Counted from the stretch's first letter, positions 25,491 through 38,492 are shown. The stretch: 64,000 bases of DNA from Eledone cirrhosa (GCA_964016885.1 OZ024740.1:147994001-148058000); one strand, 5' to 3'. A program made the numbers and translations. Notes: generated by a model from the letters alone, not told the origin.

Positions 25491-26908
25491 GTATTGCGTT
25501 CAGCTGGATTCGGGACAGGACGTCAGCTGCTACGTTGTCTGATCCCTTGATATGCCGAATATCAGTTGAATATTGGGAGACAAAATCCAGGTGTCGGAGT
25601 TCTCTCGGTGAATGTCGATCAGGTTTGGTACGGAACGCATTAACTAGTGGTTTATGGTCCGTGTAGATCGCGAAATCCGATCCTTCGGGCATGTGACGAA
25701 AATGTTTAACCGAAAGGTAGGTTGCCAAGAGTTCGCGGCCAAACGTACTGTATTTGGTTTCTGCAGGTTGCAACCGCTTAGAAAAGAAGCATAAGGGTTG
25801 CCAAACGCCGTCGACATATTGTTGTAAAACGCCACCAAACCGCCGTGTCCGATGCGTCCACTAGCAGCGAAAGAGGAGCGCCAGATCTGGGGAAAACGAG
25901 CATGGAAGCGTTTGCCAACATTTCCTTCAGGCGGTTAAAAGATATTAATTCTTCCTCGTTCAGAGTGATGTCTTCGTTTTTCTGAGTCCGGTTGCAAAGA
26001 AGGTCCGTGAGGAGTCTGGCTGCGTCGGCACAATTAGGGATGAAACGCCTATAAAATTTCACCAAACCGAGGAATTCACGCAGTTTCCGAGGTGATGTAG
26101 GTGCGGGAAAATTGCGGATAGCTTCTACTTTCTCAGGAAGTGGACGAATGCCGTCTTTATCAATGATGTGCCCGAGAAAGGACAGTGAAGGAACGCCGAG
26201 AAGGCACTTGCTGGGGTTGATGATAATACCGTACTCGGCCAAACATTGGAAAAGAAGATCTAAGTGCTTCTCGTGTTCTTGCCCAGAAGTATTTGCTACT
26301 AGCAAGTCGTCGATATACGCGTATACAAAGGGTAGATCACGTAACACGGTGTCAATAAACCGCTGAAAAGTTTGTGCAGCGTTGCGCAGACCGAACGGCA
26401 TTCGCAGGAATTCAAATAAACCGAACGGTGTCGTGATTGCGGTCTTCGGAATATCTGCAGGCTCCATAGGTGTCTGGTTATATGCCCGTACCCAATCAAT
26501 CTTGGAAAAGATGCGTGCGCCTTGCAGAGAGACAGAAAAGTTGTGCAAGTGAGGTACAGGGTAATTATCGGGTACTGTAGAATTGTTGAGTGCACGATAA
26601 TCCCCACATGGTCGCCAATCATTCTCGGTCTTTTTAGGAACAAGGTGTAGGGGTGCAGACCAGTTGCTGGAGGAAGGGCGAATGATTCCAAGGTCCAGCA
26701 TATGTTGAAACTCCTGTTTGGCGATTCTCAATCGGGCTGGAGGCAGTCTCCTTGGTCGGGCAGCTGTGGGTGGTCCTCTTGTCTCGATGTGATGTGTGAC
26801 ACTATGCTTAATAGGACCATCCTTAAATACCGGGCGAGTGATGTCTGGGTATTTCTGGAGAATGCAGTTGTAACGCGAAGGCTCTGACTGGCAAATTACA
26901 GGGCTCAC
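25306..26908 (-). pseudogene. Gypsy reverse transcriptase and RNase H (frameshifted)
   Basis: [50 protein letters not shown]. Confidence 0.93.
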
Positions 26909-27260
26909 TGTGGATTGCGTGGTAAAATACCCCTCACAGTGGGGTTTGTGGTGGTGTCAATAAGCCTCCGGTTCTTCATGTCCACCAGAAGGTTGAAGTG
27001 GTGGAGAAAATCGGCTCCTAAGATAAGGGTCGGCAGGTCTGCCACGACGAACACCCATTGAAAACGACGCCTCAGGCCTAAATTGAGGGTCAGTGATTTC
27101 TCCCCGAAAGTCGGAATTGCCTGTAGAAAGGATGATGTTGGATGTCTTTTGCCCGAGACTAGTGAAGCAGGAATAACACTAACCTGAGCTCCTGTATCCA
27201 CGAGTTAACGGATGCCTGTCGCTTGGTCGTTGATAACAAATAGACGACTTTTCTTTTCAG
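26905..27260 (-). pseudogene. Gypsy aspartic protease
   Basis: LVDTGAQVSVI and ILGADFL. Confidence 0.9.
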
Positions 27261-28134
27261 TACCAGGGGTGAACGTCGTCGCTAGGCCCTGGGTGGTATT
27301 CTGGAAAGAGCACGGGGCCCTACACTTAGATGCCTGTGAGCCGAATTCTGTGTGATACCAGCAGAGGTTTCCAGACACACGATTTTGACTGGGACTTCTG
27401 GATCTTCGACGGTGAAAGGGCCTGGATTGACTGTTGCGCCGCCGGTGTGTTTGAAATGTCAGGTTCTCTAATTGGTTTGAGAGGGCTTTAATTTTACCAG
27501 GCGGCTCTCTGATCATAGCCCGCAGCTCTGAAATCTCGGAGGTGGAGTCCGAGGACGCTACGTAAGGGTTCGTCCGATGATCTACTTGTGCCACTGAGGC
27601 AAAAGGGTTTGATACCTCAGCGATCTTATCTGCGACACTCGCCAGTTCTTCCGGGGTTGCTGACTCGTTGGTCGACGCCAGAATGCCCTGCATTGATAAG
27701 GGCAAGCGCTGTATAAACAGCCGTTTCAGCACATCTTCTGAAAGCGGCTGGTCTTCCATCAGCTGTCTCATCTTTCGCAATAGTTGGGACGGTTTTCTGT
27801 CCCCCAATTCTTCTGCAGACACGAGTTGGTTGAGTCGTCTCTGTTGTGACGCAGTCGTTCGCTTGACCAATTCCTTGCGGAAAGATTCATATGACACCGT
27901 GCCCGGCGCTGCCATGACGAGTTCCCTCACCGCAGCCAAGACTTCTGGCGGGACAGACCCAATGATGTAGGTGAGCTTTGCAGAATCGCTCTTAATTCTG
28001 TTAGCGGCGAATTGTGCTTCTATGTGAGCGAACCACGGAGTCGGGTCGTTGGACCAAAAAACACGGACTTTCAATGTTAAAGCCGCTTGTGTGGTTGGTA
28101 TTTCGGCCTCTGTCGTTGGTTGTGACATGTCCAT
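27205..28134 (-). CDS. gag: Gypsy Gag
   Basis: FWSNDPTPWFAHIEAQF, LGDRKPSQLL, CWYHxxFGxxAxxCxxPC knuckle. Confidence 0.9.
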   Translation of the reverse strand: MDMSQPTTEAEIPTTQAALTLKVRVFWSNDPTPWFAHIEAQFAANRIKSDSAKLTYIIGSVPPEVLAAVRELVMAAPGTVSYESFRKELVKRTTASQQRRLNQLVSAEELGDRKPSQLLRKMRQLMEDQPLSEDVLKRLFIQRLPLSMQGILASTNESATPEELASVADKIAEVSNPFASVAQVDHRTNPYVASSDSTSEISELRAMIREPPGKIKALSNQLENLTFQTHRRRNSQSRPFHRRRSRSPSQNRVSGNLCWYHTEFGSQASKCRAPCSFQNTTQGLATTFTPGTEKKSRLFVINDQATGIR

Positions 28135-28160
28135 GTTGGTATCTTGTTAGGTTGGTGTCT

Positions 28161-28192
28161 GGTTGCGTGTTTGAATCACATCGGGGTCACCA
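28161..28192 (-). other. Primer-binding site, tRNA-Trp (extended)
   Basis: Minus strand TGGTGACCCCGATGTGATTCAAACACGCAACC, 2 nt inside the 5' LTR. Confidence 0.9.
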
Positions 28193-28194
28193 AT

Positions 28195-28681
28195 TGTAGC
28201 GACGTGGTTAGTCAGTCTGGTCACTACTTCTGATCAGATCCGAGAATAGCCCTTAAAAGGACAGTATTCGCATACGGTCTGATCGGATCTGAGGGTAGCG
28301 CTTAAAAGGTCTGTTGTCTCATACGGTAAGGATGAACAGACGAAAGCACAAGTTGAAAGGACGAGCCAGGCGAGAGATGTAGTTTCGGTCAGCTATTTAT
28401 TTTCATACGTGAAGCGACGATACAGAGGTACAAGGCGTGTGTGAGTGACAAGCGTGGCAGAGGAGAGGAACAACGATACGCTAGCTGACTCTGCCAAAGG
28501 TCGACTGGCGAAAGTGTTTGGAATCACTCTATTTATACAAAAATAATCGTTTGATGTTTAGCCGCTGCGTAGGCGTTATATTTTGGTGGCTTTAAGGGTT
28601 GTTTGTTTCACGGTGAGGTAGCTAGCTAAGCAGATAGATGGAGCTGTTTATTTCACAGATGTAATTTCCGGTGGTTGTACA
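28195..28681 (-). repeat. 5' LTR
   Basis: Direct repeat of 22885-23371. Confidence 0.95.
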
Positions 28682-29847
28682 ACCTCTTCCTAACTCACAT
28701 GACGTTACCAGCCTCATGTAAACATTCTATGGATGGGCTACTATGTTTGGTGGTTCATAGATGTTGTCAGAGGGATATAATGCAACACTCAAATGCTCTT
28801 TGGATTAGTGTTAAGCCTTTGCTTCTATGTTTACCTTTTGGGTGGAAGAGGTTTATGTTACTGTTGATGTGGAAATTTCCAGATGGTTAGAACTATTTGG
28901 GTTTTAACATCAAGGGCTCGGATCTCATCTGGCAGCCAGGCAAGCAGTCCAAGGGTTGATGTCAGCACAGGCAAAGCAAACTCATTGTGAGCCACTGATT
29001 TATTGCATGCAGAGTGTCCCAAAGACCACAATTTTCTTATTTAGGTGTTATATTCCCTGGTTACTTGTTCCTTGTTACAACTTCTTCCATCTTAGAATAT
29101 ATTTTCATCAATTCCTAGGTATATGTAGCAGTCCTCATCAGAAACCAATGAGGGTTATAGGGGTAGAGTCCTTTAACACTTCTTTCAGCAGGTCCTGTCA
29201 GAAGCAATTGTCTCCAATTGATCTATCTAGAGACCCAAGTGAAACCAGCTGAGCTCATGGATGTTATCCAACCATCTTGCTCAGGGTCTATACCTGGGTC
29301 TACTTCTGGTTGGTTTTGTTCATAAAATCTGTCCAGTGATTATTTCTTGAGACATTCTAACCACATGTTTGTAATAGCAGAGCTGTGATCTCTCAATTTG
29401 GAGCAGTAGCAGTTCTACATGAGCAACTCTCTGATCTCTGGGCTATGCACTCTATTGAGTAACATTACTCCAAAGACTCTACAAAGGAACCCCATTTTGG
29501 CTGCTTGTTTTCGCAATTGAATCCTTTCAATCATTACTCAAACTTTCTGGTCATAGGTAAGGGTAGCATGAATACCGAAATGAAGATAGTGAGTTTGGCT
29601 TTTATACCAACTGCCCTTCTTCCGATTACTGAATGGTGAAGCTGGCACATTACTGTACTAATTCCTGTAATTCTTGCACTTCATTTTATAAATACAATTT
29701 TTATTTACAATCTGTTTGTAAAATGTTGAATATTAACTTCGATAATTTTCTAAAAGAAATATCTATTCAAATTGTATCACTAATGCTCAACTGAATAGTC
29801 AAAGAAATGTTATTAGTTGAAACAGTATAAATAAAAAAATTAGGTAT

Positions 29848-30110
29848 TCTTTTATTCTTTTACACTTTTCAGTCTTTCAACTGCAGCCATTCTAGGGCAA
29901 CAACTTAAAGGGATTTTAGCCAATCATAGCAACCACAGTGCCTAAGTTTTTTCACAGTGAGTTATGACATACACATATACACACACCATCTGGGCTTCTG
30001 ATGTTTTTGCCTACAAAATTGCTCTCAAAAGGCATTGCTTAACCTGAGGCTATAGTTGAAGACACTTGGCCAAGGTGTCGTGTAGCAGAACGTAACCCAG
30101 AATCACATAG
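29848..30110 (-). mobile_element. Old tRNA-derived SINE (family C)
   Basis: Minus strand GGGTT..C..ACACCTTGGCCAAGTGTCTTC.ACTATAGCCTC, A-rich tail; related fragment near 55520-55610. Confidence 0.55.
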
Positions 30111-30462
30111 AATTCATATCATCATGATAATGATGGTGATGGAATTTCCCATGCAAAGTGAAATAAATTATACTTGATTGACATTATTTTATCATCAGTG
30201 AAAAATAACATTTATAACATGAATACTACGACTGATTTTATTCTCCATACATACTTCAAGAGCTAACTGACCTTTTACTAGTGACCATAACCCTACTGCC
30301 TGTTATACATTATTCGAGAAAATATATTTTCTCCTTCCTTTGACACACATACATATATACTGAGGGAGAAATGATGATAATCGATTCTGTTAATAAGCAT
30401 ACTGAATAAACTTTACTTCACTATAATGCTGAATTCACTATTATTTTAATTTTGATTTATAG

Positions 30463-30492
30463 CTTCTGCTTGTTGCTGGTAATTTTTGATGG
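30463..30492 (+). CDS. Putative 30-nt microexon of an unidentified host gene
   Basis: TTTTAATTTTGATTTATAG acceptor, GG|GTGAGT donor, length a multiple of 3, one open frame (FCLLLVIFDG). Confidence 0.3.
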
Positions 30493-31214
30493 GTGAGTAA
30501 GTTTGGGCTGTTTAAATAAGTACAATTTCCATATTCCTATGTTTCAAATGCAGATTTGTATTTTTATCATTGTGTTTTTATTTATTTCATCCAGCTAATT
30601 TTTATTCTATTTTATTTATTTATTATTTACTTATTCTCGAGAACTTTACAACCTGACATATTTTTGGTGCCACCCTTGTTATTTTAGACTAAAATCTAGG
30701 TTGACATTTTGTTTTGTAACATGTAATCACTTTATGCTTTTAAACAAATAAAATCAAGATTAGTTACCCATAATCTCTATTTAAATATTTGCTGGAATTT
30801 GTTTCTTCTAAATAGTTATCCAATTAAATATATAATATCCTCATTCTATATTCATCAAATGAAAAATTCCATTGGCATAGACCATATATAGAAAAAACCC
30901 TTGGGAGAAAAACATTGTAATATCATTTTATATAACCTACTAAGAATTTAAATTAATATTTGCTTTACACATATAAGGAAACTGCAAGGAGCTGTTGCTG
31001 TGTGCTTGCAGAGGACAGTTGAAAAGAAATTTGATACAATCCCAAAGTTCTGCATAGAAAAAATAAAACAACACAGCAGAAGTAGAGAATTTGCATATGT
31101 TTTGGTGCATACAAACAAATATTATATAATAGGTTAATGGAAGCTAGATATCTTAGAGTTAACAGTTGTACTAGGAAAAACAGGAAGAGTGGTAACAAAC
31201 TGTAAGTTACTGAT

Positions 31215-34110
31215 ATCATCATAACGCCCGCTTTCCCTGCTAGCAAGAGTTGGACAGGTCTACATAAACAAAGTCAATATTGGAACAGGGCTGTTGACCT
31301 CCCAAACAGGCCAGGGATCTGCATCTCACTTATGTACAGATTCACATTTAACTGAGTGTACAGGAGAGATTGTCATGTCTTGGACACAACTGAGGGTCCA
31401 CCCAATTCTTTGTTTGTCAAGCTTTCTATGGTCTTCCTATCACCAACCACTTTACAGCTTATACTAAGTGTGTTTATCATGCAGATCATCAGTACTTGGG
31501 AGGCTATCGTGTCTTTGAAACAACTGAAGGATCCTCCCTATCCTTTGTTTGGCATTCCTTCTGCTGATGGATGCCTTTCCTATCACCAACCACTTTACAG
31601 TGTGTACTGGGAGCGTTTATCATGTAGATCACCAACACTAGAAGGGTTACCATATTGTGGCATGACTGAAGGCTACTCTCCACACACACCTTTTTTCTCC
31701 CTCTCATGAGAACACTCAGTGCCAGAAACAGGAGGTGTAGTGATAGGGAGAAATAGCTAAGTGGAAGGGGCATGGGTAAAGTGCAGAGCGTAACTACAAG
31801 GGTGCAATAGCGAAGGTATTTAAGGGTTTTTAGTGAAGGGAAGAAAACAGCAGCTAAGGGATGAATACAGGAGGGGGCATGTAGGGATGGTGAGAATTGG
31901 TGCTAGGGAGTGGGCATGGGTCGGTTATTTAAGAGTGAGGAGAGTGGCTATTATATTATGTTAATGCGGGAGTCCTAGAGACATTTAAGGGGATAGTGGC
32001 AGCTAGGAGTGTGTGTTGAGTGTTGGGCATTATGGTGTGTGTAGTGAAGGTGATGTAGTGATGTTGAGAATAACTGTAGTGGGTGCTGGTGAAAGTGGGG
32101 AACATGAGGATATATGGTCTTCTTCAGCGCAGCATAGCATCAGTCCTTGCAGTCCTTAGTCATTTCAATTGTGTATCATTTCCTCTCTATGGGTCCCAGC
32201 CACTGGGGTTTCTCTGCATTTCTTTATGCACCTGTCATTTTCCATGTGCACCACATATCCATACCAACACAGTCTTCTCTCTTGCACACTACATTCCTCT
32301 TATGCCAAGTTTTTACCTCGGTATACTTATACCTTGTCGCTCATGCACACTAACACTACACATCCATTGGAGCATATTCAATTTCTTTCTTTCTAGTCTC
32401 TGCAGATCTTCTGCAGTTAAGGCCCATGTTTTGCTGCCATGTAACATTGCTGTTTGCACACAGGCATCATACAGTCTACCCTTCACCCCGAGAGAAAAGA
32501 ATTTTGTTGTTAACATTTTCAGCACATCCTCTCCCACTGCTTATTTGATTGGCTACATAGCGAAAGCTGTCAACAACTTCTAGGGAGCCTGACAGCTGAA
32601 GGAATCTGTTTCATGTGCACTCTTTGTACTCCTCCTGTGCATCTGCCACATATAAAGTATATCTTTTCTGTTGGCCTACCTGCAATTCCACTACATCTCT
32701 TGTGCATCCATAAATTACACTGTATGCACCTTATGGAATTTCTGCCTACTAGATTATGGAGAATGGGACCCTGTCAAAGTCCTTCTCTAGATCTTCAAAT
32801 GATAGATACAGTGGTTACTCTCAGCTACGTACCACTCCTGTAATTGGTAGCTTCCCTATCTTTCATAAATCCAAACTGCATCTCATCTAACTTGATTCTT
32901 TCCCTAATTTAGTTACCTGGTCTATCAACTTGATAGCTCTGTAGTTACTTTTCTTTAGTTCATCTCCTTTTCCCTTGTAGCAATTTACTATGATACTGCT
33001 GCACCAGTCATTGGGCATGTCACCATCCTGTACTACTTGATTAACTATGCATCTGACTAGCTTGTATTCTACCATGCCTGATGTATAGTGGAGATGTATA
33101 GGTGAGATGCTAAAAAGCATCTCACCTATACTTATCCACTATACAGCTGCTTTCCCTACCTTCATGTCCTTAATTGCTTTATCTGTCATACTGCTGTCAA
33201 CTTTTATGGCTGGTCCCTCAGTAGGATCTACATGGGGTAAGCCTTCATTAGCTCATTTATTTGTTCAGCAACCTCTCACAGTATGTCATCCACGTCTCCT
33301 TCTTTTCAGCATCAGACAGGGCAAGTGCTCCACTATCATTTTGGACATACTTTTCTGTGACCACATCACAATTTCATGTAGCATACTGTCTCACAATCAT
33401 GAACACGTCACACTGTTGATCCTCACGATGCAGAACATGTGCTAACTTCTTCTTTTCTACCTCTTCCTTCACTAGATATATTTGGCACCTGGCCCCCTTT
33501 CTAGCTATCTGATATTGCTTTCTATCTCCTTCATTCTCTCCAGGCTTCTCATTTTGTTTCTACCTGTGTTTTATGACCTTAACTTCTCTTCCTTACTGTC
33601 ATATGCAACAAAAAGATTTCTCTAAATTTGTTACCTACAGAGTATCCCCTCTGCTTCCATGTCTTCATACTCCATAGAAGGCCTCACTGGCATGTCTAAC
33701 TTATGGAGCGAATGCAGATAGTATGGTGGCTGTAGTATTTCCGAAGGCTTGTTGAAGTTGAACTATTCTACCACTCATTCTGACTACTTCAATTACCTGG
33801 TCTACCCATCTCTCAGTGAGGAGCATTCCTACTCCCCCCGTCCCATTTTTACTATCCACCCAGAGGAATTTGACTGGTGTTGCTTATCTGTGATGAATCT
33901 GGCTAAAGCGCTCTTACCCCTCACTTCTTACACACAGCTCACATCTACTTCTCTCTAGCATATCCACGATCTCACTGCACTTACCTCTAATTATTCTGAC
34001 ATTTAATGTGGCAAATCTGATGGCAAATCTGAAATACTGCATTTGATGGGAAGGGGGATGCATAGCTAGCTGTTCTTCTTTTTCCCTGGCTTTCATGGTT
34101 AGGAAGGCCA
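31215..34110 (-). mobile_element. RTE-clade LINE, degenerate and internally deleted
   Basis: APE start FATLNV..GK.SEIV; WCSSIIVNCYKGKGD..NYR; RLYDACV.TAMLHGS.TW; same family as 55775-58447. Confidence 0.85.
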
Positions 34111-34458
34111 CATGACTGATTGGTGATACTCGGGGCATTTATATACATGTCAGGATCTTTTGTGTTTTGTATTGTATTGTTGTTTGTCACTCAGATATTT
34201 GTGGCCATCACCAATACCTGTGTCTGCAGTAGCCACAACTCTTCACTGAATCTAACATGTCTTATTGATGTTTCTGGTACGAGATTATTATATATATATT
34301 CTTTTTCATTTCAGGTAGATGTGCTCCATCATCCACTTTTCTAAAAAAAGTATATCATACACAAAACGCCAGCATCAACAGTTTTCCAAGATATGGCAAC
34401 AAGAATGAACCTGTTATTTTTCTATCCATCCCTTCAATCTTTCTAATTTCTCATTCTT

Positions 34459-34494
34459 TCTTCTGATGAAGGACTACCATCCGAAACATTAAGA
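34459..34494 (+). ncRNA. Minimal hammerhead, degenerate
   Basis: TCTT-CTGATGA-AGGA..TCC-GAAA-CATT-AAGA; helix III probably AACGTT before CpG decay. Confidence 0.5.
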
Positions 34495-34689
34495 CTCTCT
34501 TCCTGCTATTTCAAACATTAGACTAATATAATCCTTCCATATACTGTACTGATTGTGTGATTATTTCTGTTTACCTTTTACACACACACATATATATATA
34601 TATATTATATACTCAGTAATAGAGAAGACCCGCCTTACCTAAATACATAGTAAAACCTACTACAGCCAGTAGGCATCTCTAACAAAATA

Positions 34690-35037
34690 ACCCCCCCCCC
34701 CCCTCACCCCATCCACGCCACCCCCTTCTATGTAAAGTTATGTTGGTGCCACACCATCCAGGCCGAAACAAATGAGATTGTGTAGGTGTCACGACAAAAA
34801 AACACACAGTCCACGCTGTAATGTGGCCGTGTAGGCAACACGGTAAAAACCTCCCAGACCCACACTGAAAATGTGGTTGGTGTTAGGAAGGGCATCCAGC
34901 TGTAGAAAACCTGCCAGACAGTCCTATTCGAGCAAGACAATCACTCTTGCCTCAAGTGGGACTACCCCCGTCCAAACCCATGCAAGCGTGGAACACGGAC
35001 GTTAAACGTTGATGATGATGATGATGATGATGATGAT
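34690..35037 (+). mobile_element. RTE/SINE 3' tail
   Basis: GGTTGGTGTTAGGAAGGGCATCCAGCTGTAGAAA...CGGACGTTAAA-(TGA)n. Confidence 0.7.
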
Positions 35038-35066
35038 ATATGAGAGAGAGAGAGAGAGAGATTCAA

Positions 35067-35500
35067 AAGATTCGAAGTCAGTGTTGCAGCATATGTACAA
35101 ACTTTATTTGCATATTACAATTGTTTCAATATCAATCAGCTCAGGGTACAATCAAGGTGATGGGGACTGGCCCTTTTTGACATCTCATTAGATATGCAAG
35201 CTTATATGTGCAAAGACACATCTAAACTTTGCACATATCTTGCATATCTAATGAGATGTCAAAAAAGAGTTGGGTCGCATCACCTTGAATGTAACCTGAG
35301 CTGATTGATATCGAAACAATTGTAATATGCAAATAAAGTTTGTACATATGCTGCAACACTGACTTTGACTCTTAAATCTATTTACACTCTGCACATTACA
35401 GCCATAACACTGGAATACAACCCATGAAACGGACCTCCTAACAGCATCGAGTGCTTTGAATGGTGCACCGCCTGTAACTGTTGTTACACACTTAACTAAC
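35067..35500. mobile_element. Palindromic PLE pLTR remnant with two inverted hammerheads (35108-35199 minus; 35240-35332 plus)
   Basis: ~145-bp inverted arms with an ~11-nt spacer; TTGCATAT-CTAATGA-GATGTCAA..TTGATATC-GAAA-CAATTG-TA-ATATGCAA. Confidence 0.75.
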
Positions 35501-35519
35501 ACATATATATATATATTTC

Positions 35520-37010
35520 GTTTCTGAATTTGTTTCACAAGATTCCTTATCTGAAAACGTGTGTTGAAACCGATATGGTTATACTTTGGGAGAGTCATGT
35601 TGCCAATAAGAAACACACGCACCAGTTGTTTTCACTTCAATTTATTATAAATTTCCGGTTGGTTGGTTGGTTCTATAACCGGATGGTTGTTCATATATTG
35701 TCAAAGTTCTTTCGTCACACATTCTGTGACCACTTCAGTGACTGGGGATTATTTTCTTTATTTTGTGCCTCTCCTTTGTTCTGTCCTACACCATCTTGTT
35801 TTTGTGTGTGTTGTGTGCTTAGTTTGTGCATGTGTTACATCTGGGAGTCTGTGTGTGTTTTTATTTGTTTATTTATTTGTTTATTTACATGTTACTAGTT
35901 AGTTGTTTGTTCTATGTGTGTGTGTTTTCATTTTGTCCTTAATTATAAGTTGTGATGTTGCTATTCCATTCATGTTTTCTATTTAATTTTGGTTGGAGTT
36001 CATTTATGTTTATTGCCTCTGTGATTTATCTAAACATTGCGTCTTTTCTGTGTGTAGATTCTATTTTTATTTCTATGTTCTCTAATTTCCCCTTATGTTC
36101 TATTTTAGCATGTTGGTGGATTATTGATGAGTCTTTTCTATCTTGGAGTCCTTGCCAGTGTTCATTTAATTGTTCCCCTATACTACGAGCTGTCTCACCT
36201 ATGTACATTATATTCTTATTTTTACATTGTCCCTCAGTACATCTTATGCTATATACTATGTTTCTAGTTTTACATTTAATATGGGGGCTTAGCTTACAGA
36301 TTATGCATTTCCTATCTATAAAGGGAGGTCTTTGAAAAGAGTATGTATTACTAATTAGTGTTTTTATGGAGTAACCTGGTCTTTCCACTATCTTAATATT
36401 TAGTTTAAGTTTATCTAAATTTGTAAGCTAGTTCATCCCTAGGGGTTGTATTGATGAACATTACACTCTGGTATTTATTGCTATCACATACCATGAGTTT
36501 ATTTTATTAACCTTATTCCTAGTTCTTTGTATTCTATTCCAAAATTTGCTCCTATACAAGGGGTCCCATTTGTATCATTATTTACCATTTTTTCCCATTT
36601 GGTTCTGGTTCCTCTATATACTCTGATTTTGTCTCTCTGATTGTTACCAGAGAACTGCATACGGTGGATGAAGTGTTGTATGTGTCTCTCTAATTCTTTG
36701 GGGTTGCACATGCGGGACACGTTTCTCATCACCCGTACCAAATCCGCAATCAGTATGTTGATTTTGGTATGGTCCGAAACAGTTTCGGTGGATCAGATAT
36801 TTGGAAGTCATGGGTTTGGCATAATGGGAATGGAGGATTTGTTTTTTTGCTATTAATGGTTTCTAACCAGAGCTCTGTGTCTAGTACAGGTAATCAATGG
36901 TTGGAGTGTTTGCTTGTGTAGTCTATAGTAACTCTAATACTCTGGTGGATGGAGTTAGCTATTTGCTGGATGCTTTCTATGATGTTTTTCTCTACTTCCT
37001 GACTGTTCTC
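35520..37010 (-). mobile_element. Penelope-like element fragment (second family)
   Basis: CKTRNIVYSIRC..YIGETARSIGEQLNEH GIY-YIG; RT thumb (LPVLD, VRVMRN.S); degenerate minimal hammerhead at 35700-35742. Confidence 0.85.
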
Positions 37011-38492
37011 TAATTACTTTATTTCTAATATTATTAAACCCAAATTACTGATCTTGTGGGCCTCTTTCTTATTTTTAACATAAATGCTTCTTTTCCCCAC
37101 CTTAAAGGTGGTTTATATCGTGACGACTGTCTTCTTCTTTCCAATAACCTTAGCCTCTCAGAGATAGAAAAAATTAAAAAGCTTATTAGAACTTTCCTCA
37201 AAGACTATTATAGTCTAGATATTACATTTGAAAACACAAGTAAAGTAGTTAATTTCCTAGATATAACATTAGACTTATCTACGGGTATCTACCAACCTTA
37301 CCATAAACCCAACTAAAATTTACACTACATACACTCACAATCTAATCACCCTAAATCTATCCTTAAAAACCTTGCATATAATATATCACTTAGAATTTCT
37401 AACCTTTCGTCTAACCAAGATGTATTTGATAAAAATGCGACCTTTTATAACGAAGCTCTAGCTAGAAGTGGCCACAAAAATAGATTAGTATATATACCTT
37501 CTACCAATAACACTACAAACATACAACCTAATATTACCAACAAACACCAAATGAAACATACACACCTAAATGCCACTCACACTATACCCCAAAACACCAA
37601 CATAAAACCAAATTTCTCTAACTCTTCTAATATACAGTATAGTAACTCTCAAAAAACTACTCATCCTACAACTCTAATAAACAAGCTAAAACACCTAAAT
37701 CAATAAATCTAACTAAAAATGTGTGTGGTGAGGTCATTAACAATAATTCTCTTAATAAACATCAGGATGCATCCTACAAAAACAATAAACAACATCGAAA
37801 CCGTAATAGAGGAGTTACTTGGTACAATGTTCCATTTAATTTACAAATTAAGGATAATATACCTAAAAAATTCTTTAATATCCTAGAGAAAAACTTCCCG
37901 CCAAACCACAAATACCATCAAATCTTAAATAGATCAACGGTTAAATTCTCCTACTCAACAACCAAAAACATAAAACAAAATATAAGTGCCTATAATGCAT
38001 ATAAATGTAAAAAAACCATGAGTATACCACCAGTACATCAAACTAACCATAATATCTCCTCAGATACAGGATTCACGAAAAGTTGTAACTGTAGAAACAA
38101 GGCAAACTGTCCATTAAAAGGAAATTGCCTTGTTAATAACATAGTATATAAATGTAAAGTTAACACTAAGGACTCAATTTATTCATATGTAGGAGCTACC
38201 TCTAACAAATTTAAGGTAAGATTTAATACCCACAAACATAGTTTTAAAAATGCCGCACTAGCTAATACAACATCTCTAGCTGAAATAATAGGTAGTTATA
38301 GAAAGAGGAATATAGAATATGACCTGACCTGGAGTGTGCTCAAAAGGGCCACCCCTTATCAAAATAGTAGAAATGAATGTAGATTATGTTCCCAAGAACT
38401 TTTTGAAATAATGAAATCTAAGGATATCCTATTAAATAAGCGACAGGAATTAATAATATCGTGTAATCATAAACTGAGAAAAACCTTTAAAT

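Larger units (their letters stand above)
22885..28681 (-). mobile_element. Full-length Ty3/Gypsy LTR retrotransposon (CsRn1/Kabuki-like)
   Basis: Two 487-bp TG...CA LTRs, ACCT TSD (22881-22884, 28682-28685), tRNA-Trp PBS, PPT, gag-PR-RT-RH-IN order. Confidence 0.97.
21900..29660 (-). mobile_element. R4/Dong-clade LINE, degenerate, split by the Gypsy insertion (21900-22884 and 28686-29660)
   Basis: Reverse complement is homologous to 50215-51490 and continues across the ACCT TSD. Confidence 0.8.

Noticed and set aside
28161-28192. tRNA-Trp gene
   Set aside because: Only the 3' 32 nt including CCA, located at the LTR boundary, so it is a PBS
34315-34465. Host exon after TTTCATTTCAG
   Set aside because: No convincing donor; it runs into a degenerate hammerhead, so more likely a PLE remnant
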